Assembly: GCA_018304105.1 (NCBI GenBank)
Contig: JAGVWX010000007.1
Coordinates: 27,973-91,972, forward strand
DNA from: Candidatus Pacearchaeota archaeon
GTDB taxonomy: Archaea; Nanobdellota; Nanobdellia; Pacearchaeales; GW2011-AR1
Length of the DNA stretch: 64,000 nucleotides
Direction: 5' to 3'
This document shows, one piece after another, positions 49,747-59,529 of this stretch (positions are counted from its first letter, which is position 1; the number at the start of each line of letters is the position of its first letter). The notes under the pieces were generated by a model. That model made no database searches. It was not told the origin of the DNA and worked only from the letters and a program-made list of their open reading frames with translations. Made by a program: the position numbers and the translations under genes.

Positions 49747-50526
49747 TTATGTTAAAGAATTTGTTGAATTTAGCAATTTTAGTTTTTTGAATGCTAAAAT
49801 GCTTATGACAATTAGAATAATGCTGAACCATTGACCAACCATTAGGCCGTGGAATGACCGCTCATCTCGGAGGAAATCTAGGAAAAACCTCCCTGTGCTG
49901 ATAAATAATACAAATGTCCAAAAAATAAGGCCGGGCTTGTGGTTTTTGAATTTCTTTTTGATAGTTAGTAGAAAAAAGAAAAGAAGAAGTCTTCCCGCTG
50001 CAGCGTAAAGCTGGATGGGGTGCCTGCAGACATTGTCTATATTTTGAAAGACAACACACCAAGGAAGAATTGTTGTTATTCCTAAGATTTCTGAATTGAA
50101 GAAGTTTGCAATTCTTCCTAAAGCGAGGAAAAATGCCGAAGGTAGGACAAGAATGTCTACAACTTTCATAATAGAAAGCTTTTTGATTTTACTATAAATT
50201 ATTGCTATGATTGTAGCACCAAATAAACCGCCGTGGAAACTTAGGCCACCTTGCCATATATAAAATATTTTTATTGGATTTTGCAAATAGAAATTTAAAT
50301 CCCAGAAGATGATATAAAATAATCTTGCGCCAACAACTGTTCCAAGAATAAGTAATATGACAAAACTATAAATTTCTTTTTCAGATAATGCGAGTTTTTT
50401 ATTTTTTGATGCATTCAGAAGTACAAACAGGATTGTTAAAAATGCCAGAATTAAGTTTAATAAGTAGTATGTAAGTTTCAATGAATAAAATTGAAGGACT
50501 ATTGGATTTGGGTTTAATTGGAACAT
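49747..50526 (-). CDS. lgt: Prolipoprotein diacylglyceryl transferase
   Basis: GARLFY, WQGGLSFHGG, GRIANFFNSE, HPIQLY, RFFLDFLRD. Confidence 0.92.
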   Translation of the reverse strand: MFQLNPNPIVLQFYSLKLTYYLLNLILAFLTILFVLLNASKNKKLALSEKEIYSFVILLILGTVVGARLFYIIFWDLNFYLQNPIKIFYIWQGGLSFHGGLFGATIIAIIYSKIKKLSIMKVVDILVLPSAFFLALGRIANFFNSEILGITTILPWCVVFQNIDNVCRHPIQLYAAAGRLLLFFFLLTIKKKFKNHKPGLIFWTFVLFISTGRFFLDFLRDERSFHGLMVGQWFSIILIVISILAFKKLKLLNSTNSLT

Positions 50527-50745
50527 TCAGGATAAAAGACAATAGAGTATAAAAATTTGGGGTTTCCCGTTTTCTAACTTTACAAATAAAATGGATGAGC
50601 AATAAAAAGCGGCAAATTTTAAGAACAATATTGAGCCAATAATACTGTTAGGAGAATGTTTAGTTGGTAAATTTATTAGGTTATGGAAAAATAAGAGGAT
50701 AGTAGATATGAGGAGTAGAGCCGGGCATTATTTCGTAATTACTAC

Positions 50746-53499
50746 TTATCCAAGGCCAGGTATAAATTGACTTAAGGAACCGAGACCGCTAAATAAGTTT
50801 CCTCCTGGAAAAGCTGTGCCATATCCGGATTCGCATTTATTATCTTGCGTGTTACAATGGCTTCCTGGACCGCAGATTGAATCTTCCAGGCATTCTACAC
50901 ATTTGTTTTCCTCAATAAGGCAGGCAGTTCCTGTCCAGCAACAGCCGCCTTGGATGCTGCAGGTACTTTCAGAAGGAATCCTAGTACAGCCAAATGAGAC
51001 TTCTTCGTTTTTTAAATTTGCATTGCAGGCGACGCAAGTATGCGAATCGGTATTACAAATTGTTTTATCTTTTGCTTCTGCTCTTGCTTCTGGAGACATA
51101 GCAAGTTTTTGGTCTTCTGTCAGGGATTTGGCGTTAACTGCGCAGTCTGCATTAGTATCGCAGGATGTTGTACATTCGTTGTTCTTACAAATTTCACCTT
51201 TTGAGGCATCGCATTGCGAATTGTTTATGCATTGGATGCAGGTGAATGGAGTTGGAGAACCTGCGGGAGCGCAGAACTTCTTGTCTTCGTTTAAATTGCA
51301 GTCTGTTTCATAAAAGCATTCATAACACTGCCCTGGAGTTCCTCCAGTTGTTTGGTTTGCGCAGAACTTATCATCTTTGCAATCAGTATCTTTGGAACAG
51401 GGGTCAACGCATTTGTTGCATTCTTCATCGCATAATTTTCCTGTGCCTAATCTTGCACATTTTATTCTACCCCTGTCTGAAGTGGGGTCGCATTGCGCTG
51501 CAAGAGGCTTTTCTACGAATAATGTCGTGGAATATAAATCACTGTCTTGCGCGTTTTTCAATGGAGTTGATGGGTCGTCTTCAGTTGCCAGGTAGAATTT
51601 GTATTGGAAGTTGCCCCCTCCGAGAAAGCTTGAGAAGTCCATTGCCCAGGGCGGCCGGAAGTCTTCGAGTTTGAGAAGTTTTTGGTCGCCAGTTACAATT
51701 TTTGGAGTATAAGTCATACGGTCTCTGAGGAGAAGAGAATTTTGTTCAGTTAAGACGAAGACGAGGTTGCCTGCGTTTTCGCAACCTTCTGTTACTGCAA
51801 CTAACTTGACCGAGTCTCCGCACATCCAGTCTTTGTTGCCTACCCATCCTTTTATGACGCTGTCTTGTCCAAGAGGGTTATCAGACGCGCTCTGCCAACC
51901 TAAGCTGGAAACCTGGCAGGAGCGCGAGAAGACGCAGGTTTTGTAAGTGTTTGATTGAGCGTTAATGTCACAGATGTAATCTTCTCCGAATTCCGCGCAG
52001 TGGGTGCTGTTGTAGCATTCCACACAATTTTTAGTGACTGGGTCGCAGAGACTATTGTCGCAATCTGCGTTTTTGGAACATACCAATAATTTCTTGCAAG
52101 TGTTGTCTTTGGTGCAGAAATATCCTGGACCGATGTCAGGATTGTCCCGGCATTCTTTATCATCTGCGTCGGAGTCTTCATTGAAATGGCATTGTGCTGG
52201 GCCCGGTTTTATTACAGTCAATGTTGGAGAAAATGGTGATGCGACTTGGGGATTGGAACCTTCGACTATTGCTTTGAAAGTGTAATAAATTGGACCTTCT
52301 GAGTTTATTCCAGGGCCTGTTTTTTCAAACCATTCAGGTTTCCAGACGAAGTATTTGTAACCGTCTATGGGCTGTTGTTCGTTTTGGGAAAAGGTATATT
52401 TCAAGGTTGGATTGCTCTGGCCTTCCCAAATTTCGAATTTTACAATGTCCTGCTGGCAGCCGGCTGCTTTGACATACAAAGACAAGTCGCTGATTCCGCG
52501 AATGTAGTCGTAATCTGAAGAATCTGTGCTTGTACCGAGCCAGCCAGTGACTTCAGATTGAGTTTCGAGTTTTGTGTTAACCCATTTCGGCTCTGTTAAG
52601 TTGCAAGATGACGTTGATGCTAAACCATTGATTGCTGTGCACATTACTCGGCTTACGCCGTTAGAATCCTGGAATGGGCCCGACTTTTTGTTGAATTTAG
52701 TGGAGCCGCAATCACCCGTGTCCGAGATTTTTATGTCCCATACATATTGGTCAGTCGTTGGATTGTTGATGTTTGCTGTTCCAACACAGAAATTGAAGGG
52801 GGTGCCGCCTAAAAATGAATACACTGAATTTGCTCCTTCTTCACATTCGTGTTCTTCCGTATTGGGATATAAGTATGCAGTTTTTACGTATAAACTGCCA
52901 TTGGTAATCTGGCTTTCAAATTTGACGCAGAGCTTACTGAGGATTGTGCTGTAAAAGCCGGTGCCATAAAATGACTCTTTTTCTGTATAACCCGAAGGGC
53001 ATCGTGCTGAAGAAACTAATTGGATGAATTGGATGTCTTTGACTATGCCTGAGGTTGGTGCTGGGGGAGGACAATCGAGGCAGTTTGAAGTGTTTTCACC
53101 TTGAGCGGGTTCACAAATTTCGTCCCCGTCGCATATGTCTGGAATGTCTAAATAAATTGTGGGAACTGTATATTCATGTGGCTCTCCTGTTTTTACGTAT
53201 ACTGAATAAGGAACCTTGACTTTTTTCTGGAAATTGGCTGCGGTGACATTTATATAAAATTCATATGTGTTGTCTGGGGGTAGAGAAGGTATTGTTATGA
53301 TGGCTCTTCCTGCTGAATTAGTTGTTCCGTCCCAAATCCCCCCATTTTGTCTGAATACTTTGACTTGCGCGCCACTTATTGGGCTTTTTGGAGACTGACT
53401 GTTCTTGACATCAACGTTAAGATAAATTGATACGGCAGATACACTAGAAATTAAGAAGACTAGAATAATGCTGAAAAGTATAAATTTTTTTGTCCTCAT
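50746..53499 (-). CDS. Secreted Cys-rich repeat surface protein
   Basis: Signal peptide MRTKKFIL..; carboxypeptidase-regulatory-like N-domain; many CxxxxDC/CVEC repeats. Confidence 0.85.
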   Translation of the reverse strand: MRTKKFILFSIILVFLISSVSAVSIYLNVDVKNSQSPKSPISGAQVKVFRQNGGIWDGTTNSAGRAIITIPSLPPDNTYEFYINVTAANFQKKVKVPYSVYVKTGEPHEYTVPTIYLDIPDICDGDEICEPAQGENTSNCLDCPPPAPTSGIVKDIQFIQLVSSARCPSGYTEKESFYGTGFYSTILSKLCVKFESQITNGSLYVKTAYLYPNTEEHECEEGANSVYSFLGGTPFNFCVGTANINNPTTDQYVWDIKISDTGDCGSTKFNKKSGPFQDSNGVSRVMCTAINGLASTSSCNLTEPKWVNTKLETQSEVTGWLGTSTDSSDYDYIRGISDLSLYVKAAGCQQDIVKFEIWEGQSNPTLKYTFSQNEQQPIDGYKYFVWKPEWFEKTGPGINSEGPIYYTFKAIVEGSNPQVASPFSPTLTVIKPGPAQCHFNEDSDADDKECRDNPDIGPGYFCTKDNTCKKLLVCSKNADCDNSLCDPVTKNCVECYNSTHCAEFGEDYICDINAQSNTYKTCVFSRSCQVSSLGWQSASDNPLGQDSVIKGWVGNKDWMCGDSVKLVAVTEGCENAGNLVFVLTEQNSLLLRDRMTYTPKIVTGDQKLLKLEDFRPPWAMDFSSFLGGGNFQYKFYLATEDDPSTPLKNAQDSDLYSTTLFVEKPLAAQCDPTSDRGRIKCARLGTGKLCDEECNKCVDPCSKDTDCKDDKFCANQTTGGTPGQCYECFYETDCNLNEDKKFCAPAGSPTPFTCIQCINNSQCDASKGEICKNNECTTSCDTNADCAVNAKSLTEDQKLAMSPEARAEAKDKTICNTDSHTCVACNANLKNEEVSFGCTRIPSESTCSIQGGCCWTGTACLIEENKCVECLEDSICGPGSHCNTQDNKCESGYGTAFPGGNLFSGLGSLSQFIPGLG

Positions 53500-53505
53500 T
53501 TTGGT

Positions 53506-53612
53506 ATTGTCCACAAATATTTTGACAATATTTTCTACCCGCCCACCCGTCCAATGCGATATTGCCAAACATTATAAGCAATATCGCCCAATGTCAAAAT
53601 ATTCTTTTGGAA
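53506..53612. repeat. Degenerate G4-module hairpin repeat
   Basis: aatattttgaca..tgtcaaaatatt stem around cccgcccacccgtcc and gcgatattg..caatatcgc. Confidence 0.65.
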
Positions 53613-53862
53613 TTTATTATTTTATAGAGATGAAACTGCTATTTAAAGTTTGTCTTGATTGAGAGGATATTTGGCAGATTGGGCTTGCTTTGCCACGTCG
53701 AAATAGAACTCGCAAGCAGTCTTGATTATTGCCTGTCCCCGACCCCCCAATATGACTCGCCATGCTTTGCGAGAGACGAGTTCAATGCTTGCACATTGAG
53801 GCAGCAAGAGACGAGGTCAATGCTTGCGCATTGAGGAGGCAGTCAGCGAGTCAAATTTGTTA

Positions 53863-53961
53863 GCAACTTCTTTATTGTAATTTTTTGGCGTTGTTTTTAC
53901 CCGCCCACCCACCCGATGCGATATTGTCTTGAAAATATCATTCTTGACAATATCGCCTAAC
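53863..53961. repeat. 99-bp direct repeat, copy 2, within a larger repeat cluster (53700-54015)
   Basis: Matches 49202-49300. Confidence 0.9.
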
Positions 53962-54150
53962 TCCGCCCTGCCCAAAAATATCATACTGCCACCTTGTGCT
54001 GAAGGGCTGTGGGTTATTTATTTTTATTTTGTTGATTCTATAATTTTAAGCAGAATGAAATATCTGATTTGTCGGTTTAGTAACTTTTAATAATCCATGC
54101 GATATTTCAATGAGACGGATAATGATATGAATAATAATAAGAATAGCGAT

Positions 54151-55596
54151 ATGGATTATGAGAAAGTTGGGCTGATGGTTGGAATTGAGATTCATCAGCA
54201 GTTGGATTGCGGGAAACTGTTTTGCAGGTGTCCTGGATATTTGAGGAAAGAAGAGCCGCATTTTATTGTGAGGAGGAAACTGCACAAGGTGGCGGGGGAG
54301 ACGGGAGAGGTTGATAGCGCTGTTGAGTATGAGACTTCATTGGATAAGACGTTTGAATATCAAGGATATGATGATACGACGTGCTTGATTGAGTTGGATG
54401 AAGAGCCGCCGAAGGAAATAAACGAGGGCGCTCTTGATGAAGTGATAAAAATTGCGCTTTTGATGAACTGCGAGATTAATCCTGTTGCGCAGATAATGAG
54501 AAAGACAGTTGTTGATGGTTCGAATACTTCGGGGTTTCAGAGGACTGTGCTCATTGCGCAAGACGGGTGGATTGAGACTTCGTTCGGGGATGTGCCGATT
54601 CAGGGAATTTATCTTGAGGAAGATTCTTGCAGGACGATTTTGAAAGACAAAAAGAATTCTGTTTATCGGCTTGACAGGCTCGGAATTCCTTTGGTTGAGA
54701 TTACGACTGCGCCGGCGATGAATAAACCTGAACAGGTAAAAGAAGCGGCGCTGAAGATTGGAGAGATTCTTAGGGCGTGCAGAGTTAGACGAGGCATAGG
54801 CACGATAAGGCAAGATTTGAATGTAAACATAAAGAAGCATGGAATTATTGAGATTAAAGGATTTCAGGAGCCGAAGATGATGATTGAAACTATTGGCAAG
54901 GAAATTTTGAGACAGCAGGCGGAACTTGCCGCGGGAAAAGACAGTCATGAAGTAAGGAACGCTTTGTTGTCAGGAGAAACCGAGTTTTTGAGACCGATGC
55001 CCGGGAAGGCGAGAATGTATCCGGAGACGGATTTGCCTTTGCTTAAAATTGGGAGAGAAAAAATTAATCAGATAAAGAAAGTTTTGCCGAAGCTGAAACA
55101 CGAAATTAGAGACGAGCTGAAGAAGAAAGGGTTGAGCGATGAGTTGGTTGATTTGGTTTTGGACGGGAATCTTGACGAGTTTGAAGTTTTGACGAAGGGT
55201 TATGAGAAGGATGCGAGTTTAGTTGCGAAAATGATTACGCTTTGGAGAAAAGAATTTGCGTCGAAGGAGAAGAAAAGTTTTGAAGAGATGAAAGATTTGC
55301 TGACGGAGAACGTTTTGGAGAAAATTTTGGAAGCGGTTAAGTCGGGAAAGATTGGGAAAGATGATGCGAAGAAAGTTATGGGCGAAATTGTTGCAGGAAA
55401 GAAGATTGAGAGTGCTTTGAAGATTGAGAAAATTTCGCATGACGATTTGGAAGAAGAGATTGCTCGTATCGTTAAAGAGAAACCTGGGTTGAGACCGAAT
55501 GCTTATATGGGGCTGGTGATGGCGAAGTTCAAAGGAAAGCTCGACGCGAAGAAGGCGATGGAGCTGGTGGGAAGGGTTTTGGGTGGGGCGGGGTGA
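54151..55596 (+). CDS. gatE: Glu-tRNA(Gln) amidotransferase subunit E, short form
   Basis: GIEIHQQL..KLFC, DGSNTSGFQRT, LDRLGIPLVEI, RGIGTIRQD, RMYPETD. Confidence 0.95.
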   Translation: MDYEKVGLMVGIEIHQQLDCGKLFCRCPGYLRKEEPHFIVRRKLHKVAGETGEVDSAVEYETSLDKTFEYQGYDDTTCLIELDEEPPKEINEGALDEVIKIALLMNCEINPVAQIMRKTVVDGSNTSGFQRTVLIAQDGWIETSFGDVPIQGIYLEEDSCRTILKDKKNSVYRLDRLGIPLVEITTAPAMNKPEQVKEAALKIGEILRACRVRRGIGTIRQDLNVNIKKHGIIEIKGFQEPKMMIETIGKEILRQQAELAAGKDSHEVRNALLSGETEFLRPMPGKARMYPETDLPLLKIGREKINQIKKVLPKLKHEIRDELKKKGLSDELVDLVLDGNLDEFEVLTKGYEKDASLVAKMITLWRKEFASKEKKSFEEMKDLLTENVLEKILEAVKSGKIGKDDAKKVMGEIVAGKKIESALKIEKISHDDLEEEIARIVKEKPGLRPNAYMGLVMAKFKGKLDAKKAMELVGRVLGGAG

Positions 55597-55670
55597 GAAA
55601 GGCCATGGAGATTTTGAATAAGCTGGTTAAGTAAATAGGCAAGGGATTTATGTTTTTAGTAACGAAAAGA

Positions 55671-56081
55671 CTATGAAATTAATTCTATCATGTCTCGTGT
55701 CGAAAACACTTTAATCTGCGATTGTTTTTTGAATGCTAGTTCGTTAGACCAGATTCCACAATTGAGCTTTAATGCAAGAGCGAAGACCGGAATATCTTTG
55801 TCGTGGGGAGAAAGCTTTTTTGCTTCTGATTCAAATTCTTTATAGGAACTGTCAGGAAGAAGTTTGAGAAGCGATACGAGTTCAGATATTGCTTTTTCAA
55901 ACTGCACCGCATTTAGTCCAGAATACTTTAATATGTCAGATTTGTTTTTTTTCAATTCTTTTATTGTATATTCTGAAACGAATAGTGAGATGTTTAAAGA
56001 TTTGGCATTTTTGAACAAGTCTTTAACTGGATTTTGTCTAAAGAATGAGACTAAGATATTGGCGTCAACAACTAATTTCAT
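55671..56081 (-). CDS. PIN-domain (VapC-like) toxin
   Basis: LVVDANIL..E..DKD...IWSNE. Confidence 0.88.
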   Translation of the reverse strand: MKLVVDANILVSFFRQNPVKDLFKNAKSLNISLFVSEYTIKELKKNKSDILKYSGLNAVQFEKAISELVSLLKLLPDSSYKEFESEAKKLSPHDKDIPVFALALKLNCGIWSNELAFKKQSQIKVFSTRDMIELIS

Positions 56082-56084
56082 TTA

Positions 56085-56321
56085 TTAATCCTCTTTCTTT
56101 AATCTGCTCCAAACACCTTGCTTGATTTTGTCTCCTAACTCAAGTGCTATATCATTAGATTCTTTGTCTAGTTCTAATTGCTTTAGCATTTGCTCTTTCC
56201 AAATGAATCTGTCTACCTTTGATTCAATATATTTCTTAATAAGCCCAGACCAATTTATTTCTGGAAATTCTTCCATTTTATGTTTAAGCTCTCCTGGAAT
56301 TGATAATGTTATGTTTGCCAT
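56085..56321 (-). CDS. RHH antitoxin (VapB-like)
   Basis: MANITLSIPGELK..EINWS; directly upstream of the PIN gene. Confidence 0.85.
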   Translation of the reverse strand: MANITLSIPGELKHKMEEFPEINWSGLIKKYIESKVDRFIWKEQMLKQLELDKESNDIALELGDKIKQGVWSRLKKED

Positions 56322-56614
56322 GTTTTCACAAGATACACAGAATGCACAAGTATATAAATTTTTTGATTTATTTGAGAAAATTGGTAAGTTAACAAGGCAT
56401 ATCGTCGCTCATGCTGCCCAAGAGTGCATAATTCAAATGTCCATCTGTAAATTGTATGTCTTATCGATTCTTTTTTCTTTCTTTGTTCATGAGAAGGCGA
56501 GGAAAATATTTCACGTTCTTCCGGGTCTTCCATAATTTCTCTTCTTTCTACCCCGTTGTAACCAAGGTCCCTAAGATTAGATACCTCTGCACGTAATGAT
56601 ATTCGGTTGCCCAT
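56309..56614 (-). CDS. Possible hypothetical protein
   Basis: ATG ORF; 3' end overlaps the antitoxin promoter/start, so it may be degenerate. Confidence 0.3.
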   Translation of the reverse strand: MGNRISLRAEVSNLRDLGYNGVERREIMEDPEEREIFSSPSHEQRKKKESIRHTIYRWTFELCTLGQHERRYALLTYQFSQINQKIYILVHSVYLVKTWQT

Positions 56615-56674
56615 AATTTTTTCATGGATACTTTTTATTTAAAGATTTATATAATCTGATTGTTTTATTGTGAC

Positions 56675-57142
56675 ATGGAAGGGGGAGCTGAAGAGGACGC
56701 TGAGGAAGATTCGGGCGACGAAATGAAAGATTGGATTGTGAGAGCGGTTCTGCTGTTTTGCGCGCTGGTTGTTGCGGGAGTTGCGGTCTATACGACTTTC
56801 ATGCTGTTTTCAGCGTATGAAATTGATATCTCTCTTTCGCCGCCGGATGCTGCGAGGTTTTCTCCTCCAGGGAACAACGGAAGTGGTTTAGGGACCGCTT
56901 CGTTTGATATTAATCAAAGTCATGAAACAGAAGAAGGAAATAAGACATTTAATAACGAAGTGATTGAGCCATTTAACTCCAACAGAAGTCTTACGCCGAA
57001 TCCGCTTATAATTTCCGAGGAGCTGGGCAAAGGAAACGGAAGGATTGCATTTGCCGTTGTGATTGCTTTGGAAGTTATCCTGGTATTTTTGATTTACAGG
57101 AAGTTGGAGAAGAAGTTGGTTAGGAAATCAATTTCAAATTAA
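56675..57142 (+). CDS. Membrane protein with 2 TM segments
   Basis: Two hydrophobic segments, basic tail. Confidence 0.7.
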   Translation: MEGGAEEDAEEDSGDEMKDWIVRAVLLFCALVVAGVAVYTTFMLFSAYEIDISLSPPDAARFSPPGNNGSGLGTASFDINQSHETEEGNKTFNNEVIEPFNSNRSLTPNPLIISEELGKGNGRIAFAVVIALEVILVFLIYRKLEKKLVRKSISN

Positions 57143-57555
57143 TATCCCTTTACATCAACAGAAGTTGTGTTTGAGTCCCCGTCCCTGTCAGTTACTTTTA
57201 ACCATATCTGATAGTTTCCCGGTTCTACTATATCGACGGTTTGTTCAGCTCTGGGCCAATAAAGTGTCGGATTCTCTTCACTCTGAGGGACTGCATATGA
57301 CCAAGAAAATTTTAAGCATGTTGTTTTTTTCACGTCATCCCTGCATCCAGGGTCGTCAGGGTCATATGAGTCATAACCAGTAAAACTCACTTGAAACGGG
57401 ACTTCTCCTTCAACTTGCCCCCGAATTACTCTGATTTGCGCGACGGGCGGTTGGTTATTACCATTTTGACTAATAATGTTTTCAATATTTGGAACACATC
57501 CAGCCATTATAATTGGAAGCATGCGCGTCAAACCACTTATTGTTCGATATCTCAT
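57139..57555 (-). CDS. PKD-domain putative lipoprotein
   Basis: IMAGC lipobox-like; NQPPVA..SYDPD..PGNYQIWLKVTDRDG. Confidence 0.78.
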   Translation of the reverse strand: MRYRTISGLTRMLPIIMAGCVPNIENIISQNGNNQPPVAQIRVIRGQVEGEVPFQVSFTGYDSYDPDDPGCRDDVKKTTCLKFSWSYAVPQSEENPTLYWPRAEQTVDIVEPGNYQIWLKVTDRDGDSNTTSVDVKGY

Positions 57556-57708
57556 AAAAAATCCATTAGCGGCTTGTTTAAAAACTTCCTAATTCTTATG
57601 ATTACTCTTCTAACTTTAAATAGTTTATCAAAAAACTCTATAGTCTCTTTCCAACAGTAAAGCCGCAAAGATAAAAACAATTAAAAACAAGTTTTCTTTA
57701 GGGATTTG

Positions 57709-59085
57709 ATGATGCGAACACACACGTGCGGGGAATTGAGAATTTCTGAAAAGGGGAATCATGTTAATCTTTGTGGGTGGGTTGACAAAATTCGGGCGTT
57801 TGGGAAAGTGAATTTTATTGACTTGCGAGACAGGTATGGAAAGACGCAGATTGTTGTGCTGGGAAAGCATGAACTGAAGCTTGAATATTGTGTGCAGGTT
57901 TCGGGAGAGGTTGTTGAAAGGAAGGACAAGAACAAAGACATGGAAACGGGAGATATTGAGATTTTTGTTAAAAAGGTTGAAGATATTAAAGTTCTGAACG
58001 AGTGCCCGTCTTTGCCGTTTAATCTTGATGACGAGAATGTTGACGAGGACATAAGATTGAAGTATAGGTTTTTAGATTTGCGGACTAAGAAGCTGCAGGA
58101 TAAGTTGATTTTGAAGCATAAGCTTTACAATGCAATTATGAATTACATGGATAAGAAAGGATTTGTTTATTTGGAGACGCCGATTCTGGCGAAGTCGACG
58201 CCGGAGGGGGCGAGGGATTATATTGTGCCTTCTCGCGTGAACCCGGGAAAGTTTTATGCTTTGCCTCAATCGCCTCAGATATTCAAACAGCTTTCAATGG
58301 TTGCGGGATTTGACAGATATTTCCAAATTGCAAGATGTTTCCGCGATGAAGACTTGAGGGCGGATAGGCAGCCAGAGTTTACGCAGCTGGATATTGAAAT
58401 GAGTTTTGTGGAAGTCGAAGACATTATTAATGAAATGGAAGGCCTGGTTAAGTTTGTTTGGAAGGAAGTTTTGCATGAAGAAATAAAGACGCCGTTTCCT
58501 AGAATTTCTTACACGGAGGCGATGAAGAAGTATGGGAGAGATAATCCTGATGTGAGGAAGAAAGGAGAAAAGTGGGGATTTACTTGGGTTGTTGATTTTC
58601 CGTCTTTTGAATGGAACGAGGAAGATGAAAGGTTTTACGCGGTTCATCATCCGTTTACTTCGCCTGAAGACAATGCTGATTTTTCTTCAAAGGAAAAAAT
58701 AAAGAAGATAAAAGCAAAAGCTTACGATTTAGTTTTGAATGGGAGCGAGATTGGCGGAGGTTCTATTAGAATTCACGATTCTAAAATTCAGAAAAAAGTT
58801 TTTGAGACGCTTGGAATTGGAGAGAAAGAGGCGCAGGAGAAATTTGGATTTTTGCTTAACGCTTTGTCTTACGGCGCGCCGCCGCATGGAGGGATTGCGT
58901 TTGGAATGGATAGAATTGCGCAGCTGATGTCTGGCTCGGACAATATTAGGGATGTGATTGCTTTTCCTAAGAATAAAGAAGCGAGAGATTTGATGATGGA
59001 TGCGCCATCTTCGATTAGCGAGGCGCAGTTGCGAGAGGCAAATATTAAGTTGGATTTGAAAGAAGAGAAAGGGAAGAAGAAATAA
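57709..59085 (+). CDS. aspS: Aspartyl-tRNA synthetase, bacterial type, lacking the GAD insertion
   Basis: MRTHTCGEL, STPEGARDY, FRDEDLRADRQPEFTQ, HHPFT, GAPPHGG. Confidence 0.96.
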   Translation: MMRTHTCGELRISEKGNHVNLCGWVDKIRAFGKVNFIDLRDRYGKTQIVVLGKHELKLEYCVQVSGEVVERKDKNKDMETGDIEIFVKKVEDIKVLNECPSLPFNLDDENVDEDIRLKYRFLDLRTKKLQDKLILKHKLYNAIMNYMDKKGFVYLETPILAKSTPEGARDYIVPSRVNPGKFYALPQSPQIFKQLSMVAGFDRYFQIARCFRDEDLRADRQPEFTQLDIEMSFVEVEDIINEMEGLVKFVWKEVLHEEIKTPFPRISYTEAMKKYGRDNPDVRKKGEKWGFTWVVDFPSFEWNEEDERFYAVHHPFTSPEDNADFSSKEKIKKIKAKAYDLVLNGSEIGGGSIRIHDSKIQKKVFETLGIGEKEAQEKFGFLLNALSYGAPPHGGIAFGMDRIAQLMSGSDNIRDVIAFPKNKEARDLMMDAPSSISEAQLREANIKLDLKEEKGKKK

Positions 59086-59089
59086 TTAA

Positions 59090-59431
59090 TCAATCTTTTA
59101 GCGGTGCATTTCGTTGGTAAGAAAGTTCTGCTTCTAATTCTTTGATTCTTGTTTGAGCTTCTGCATTTTGTGCTTGTGAAAATGCCAGATGAAGCGTTCC
59201 AATAGATAAAGCTCCTTCTGTTACGGCAGCAATCATTCTTCCCCGATATAATCCTTCAAGACCGAATATTTTTCTAACTTCTTCATCTGAAGCATCGGCT
59301 GCCTCGTAAAATTTATCGGCAGGTATTTGGAAACATTCTCTTCCGATGTGAACGTCGTAAACTGGTACAGCTTGTGGATTTTTTACTATTCTTATCGCAC
59401 CGCGATTATATAATTCTCTTGGAGTTGTCAT
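59090..59431 (-). CDS. Hypothetical protein
   Basis: ATG ORF convergent with aspS. Confidence 0.6.
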   Translation of the reverse strand: MTTPRELYNRGAIRIVKNPQAVPVYDVHIGRECFQIPADKFYEAADASDEEVRKIFGLEGLYRGRMIAAVTEGALSIGTLHLAFSQAQNAEAQTRIKELEAELSYQRNAPLKD

Positions 59432-59529
59432 TTTATTTTCTTATTTCGTTTATTTATAACTATTTAGATTATTGGGAATATTGGTTGTATGAGATTTCAT
59501 TTGAAGATATTGTCTGTGTAATACGCTAA

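Noticed and set aside
49416-51040. Diversity-generating retroelement TR/VR pair
   Set aside because: Differences are not adenine-specific and include indels; no reverse transcriptase in the window
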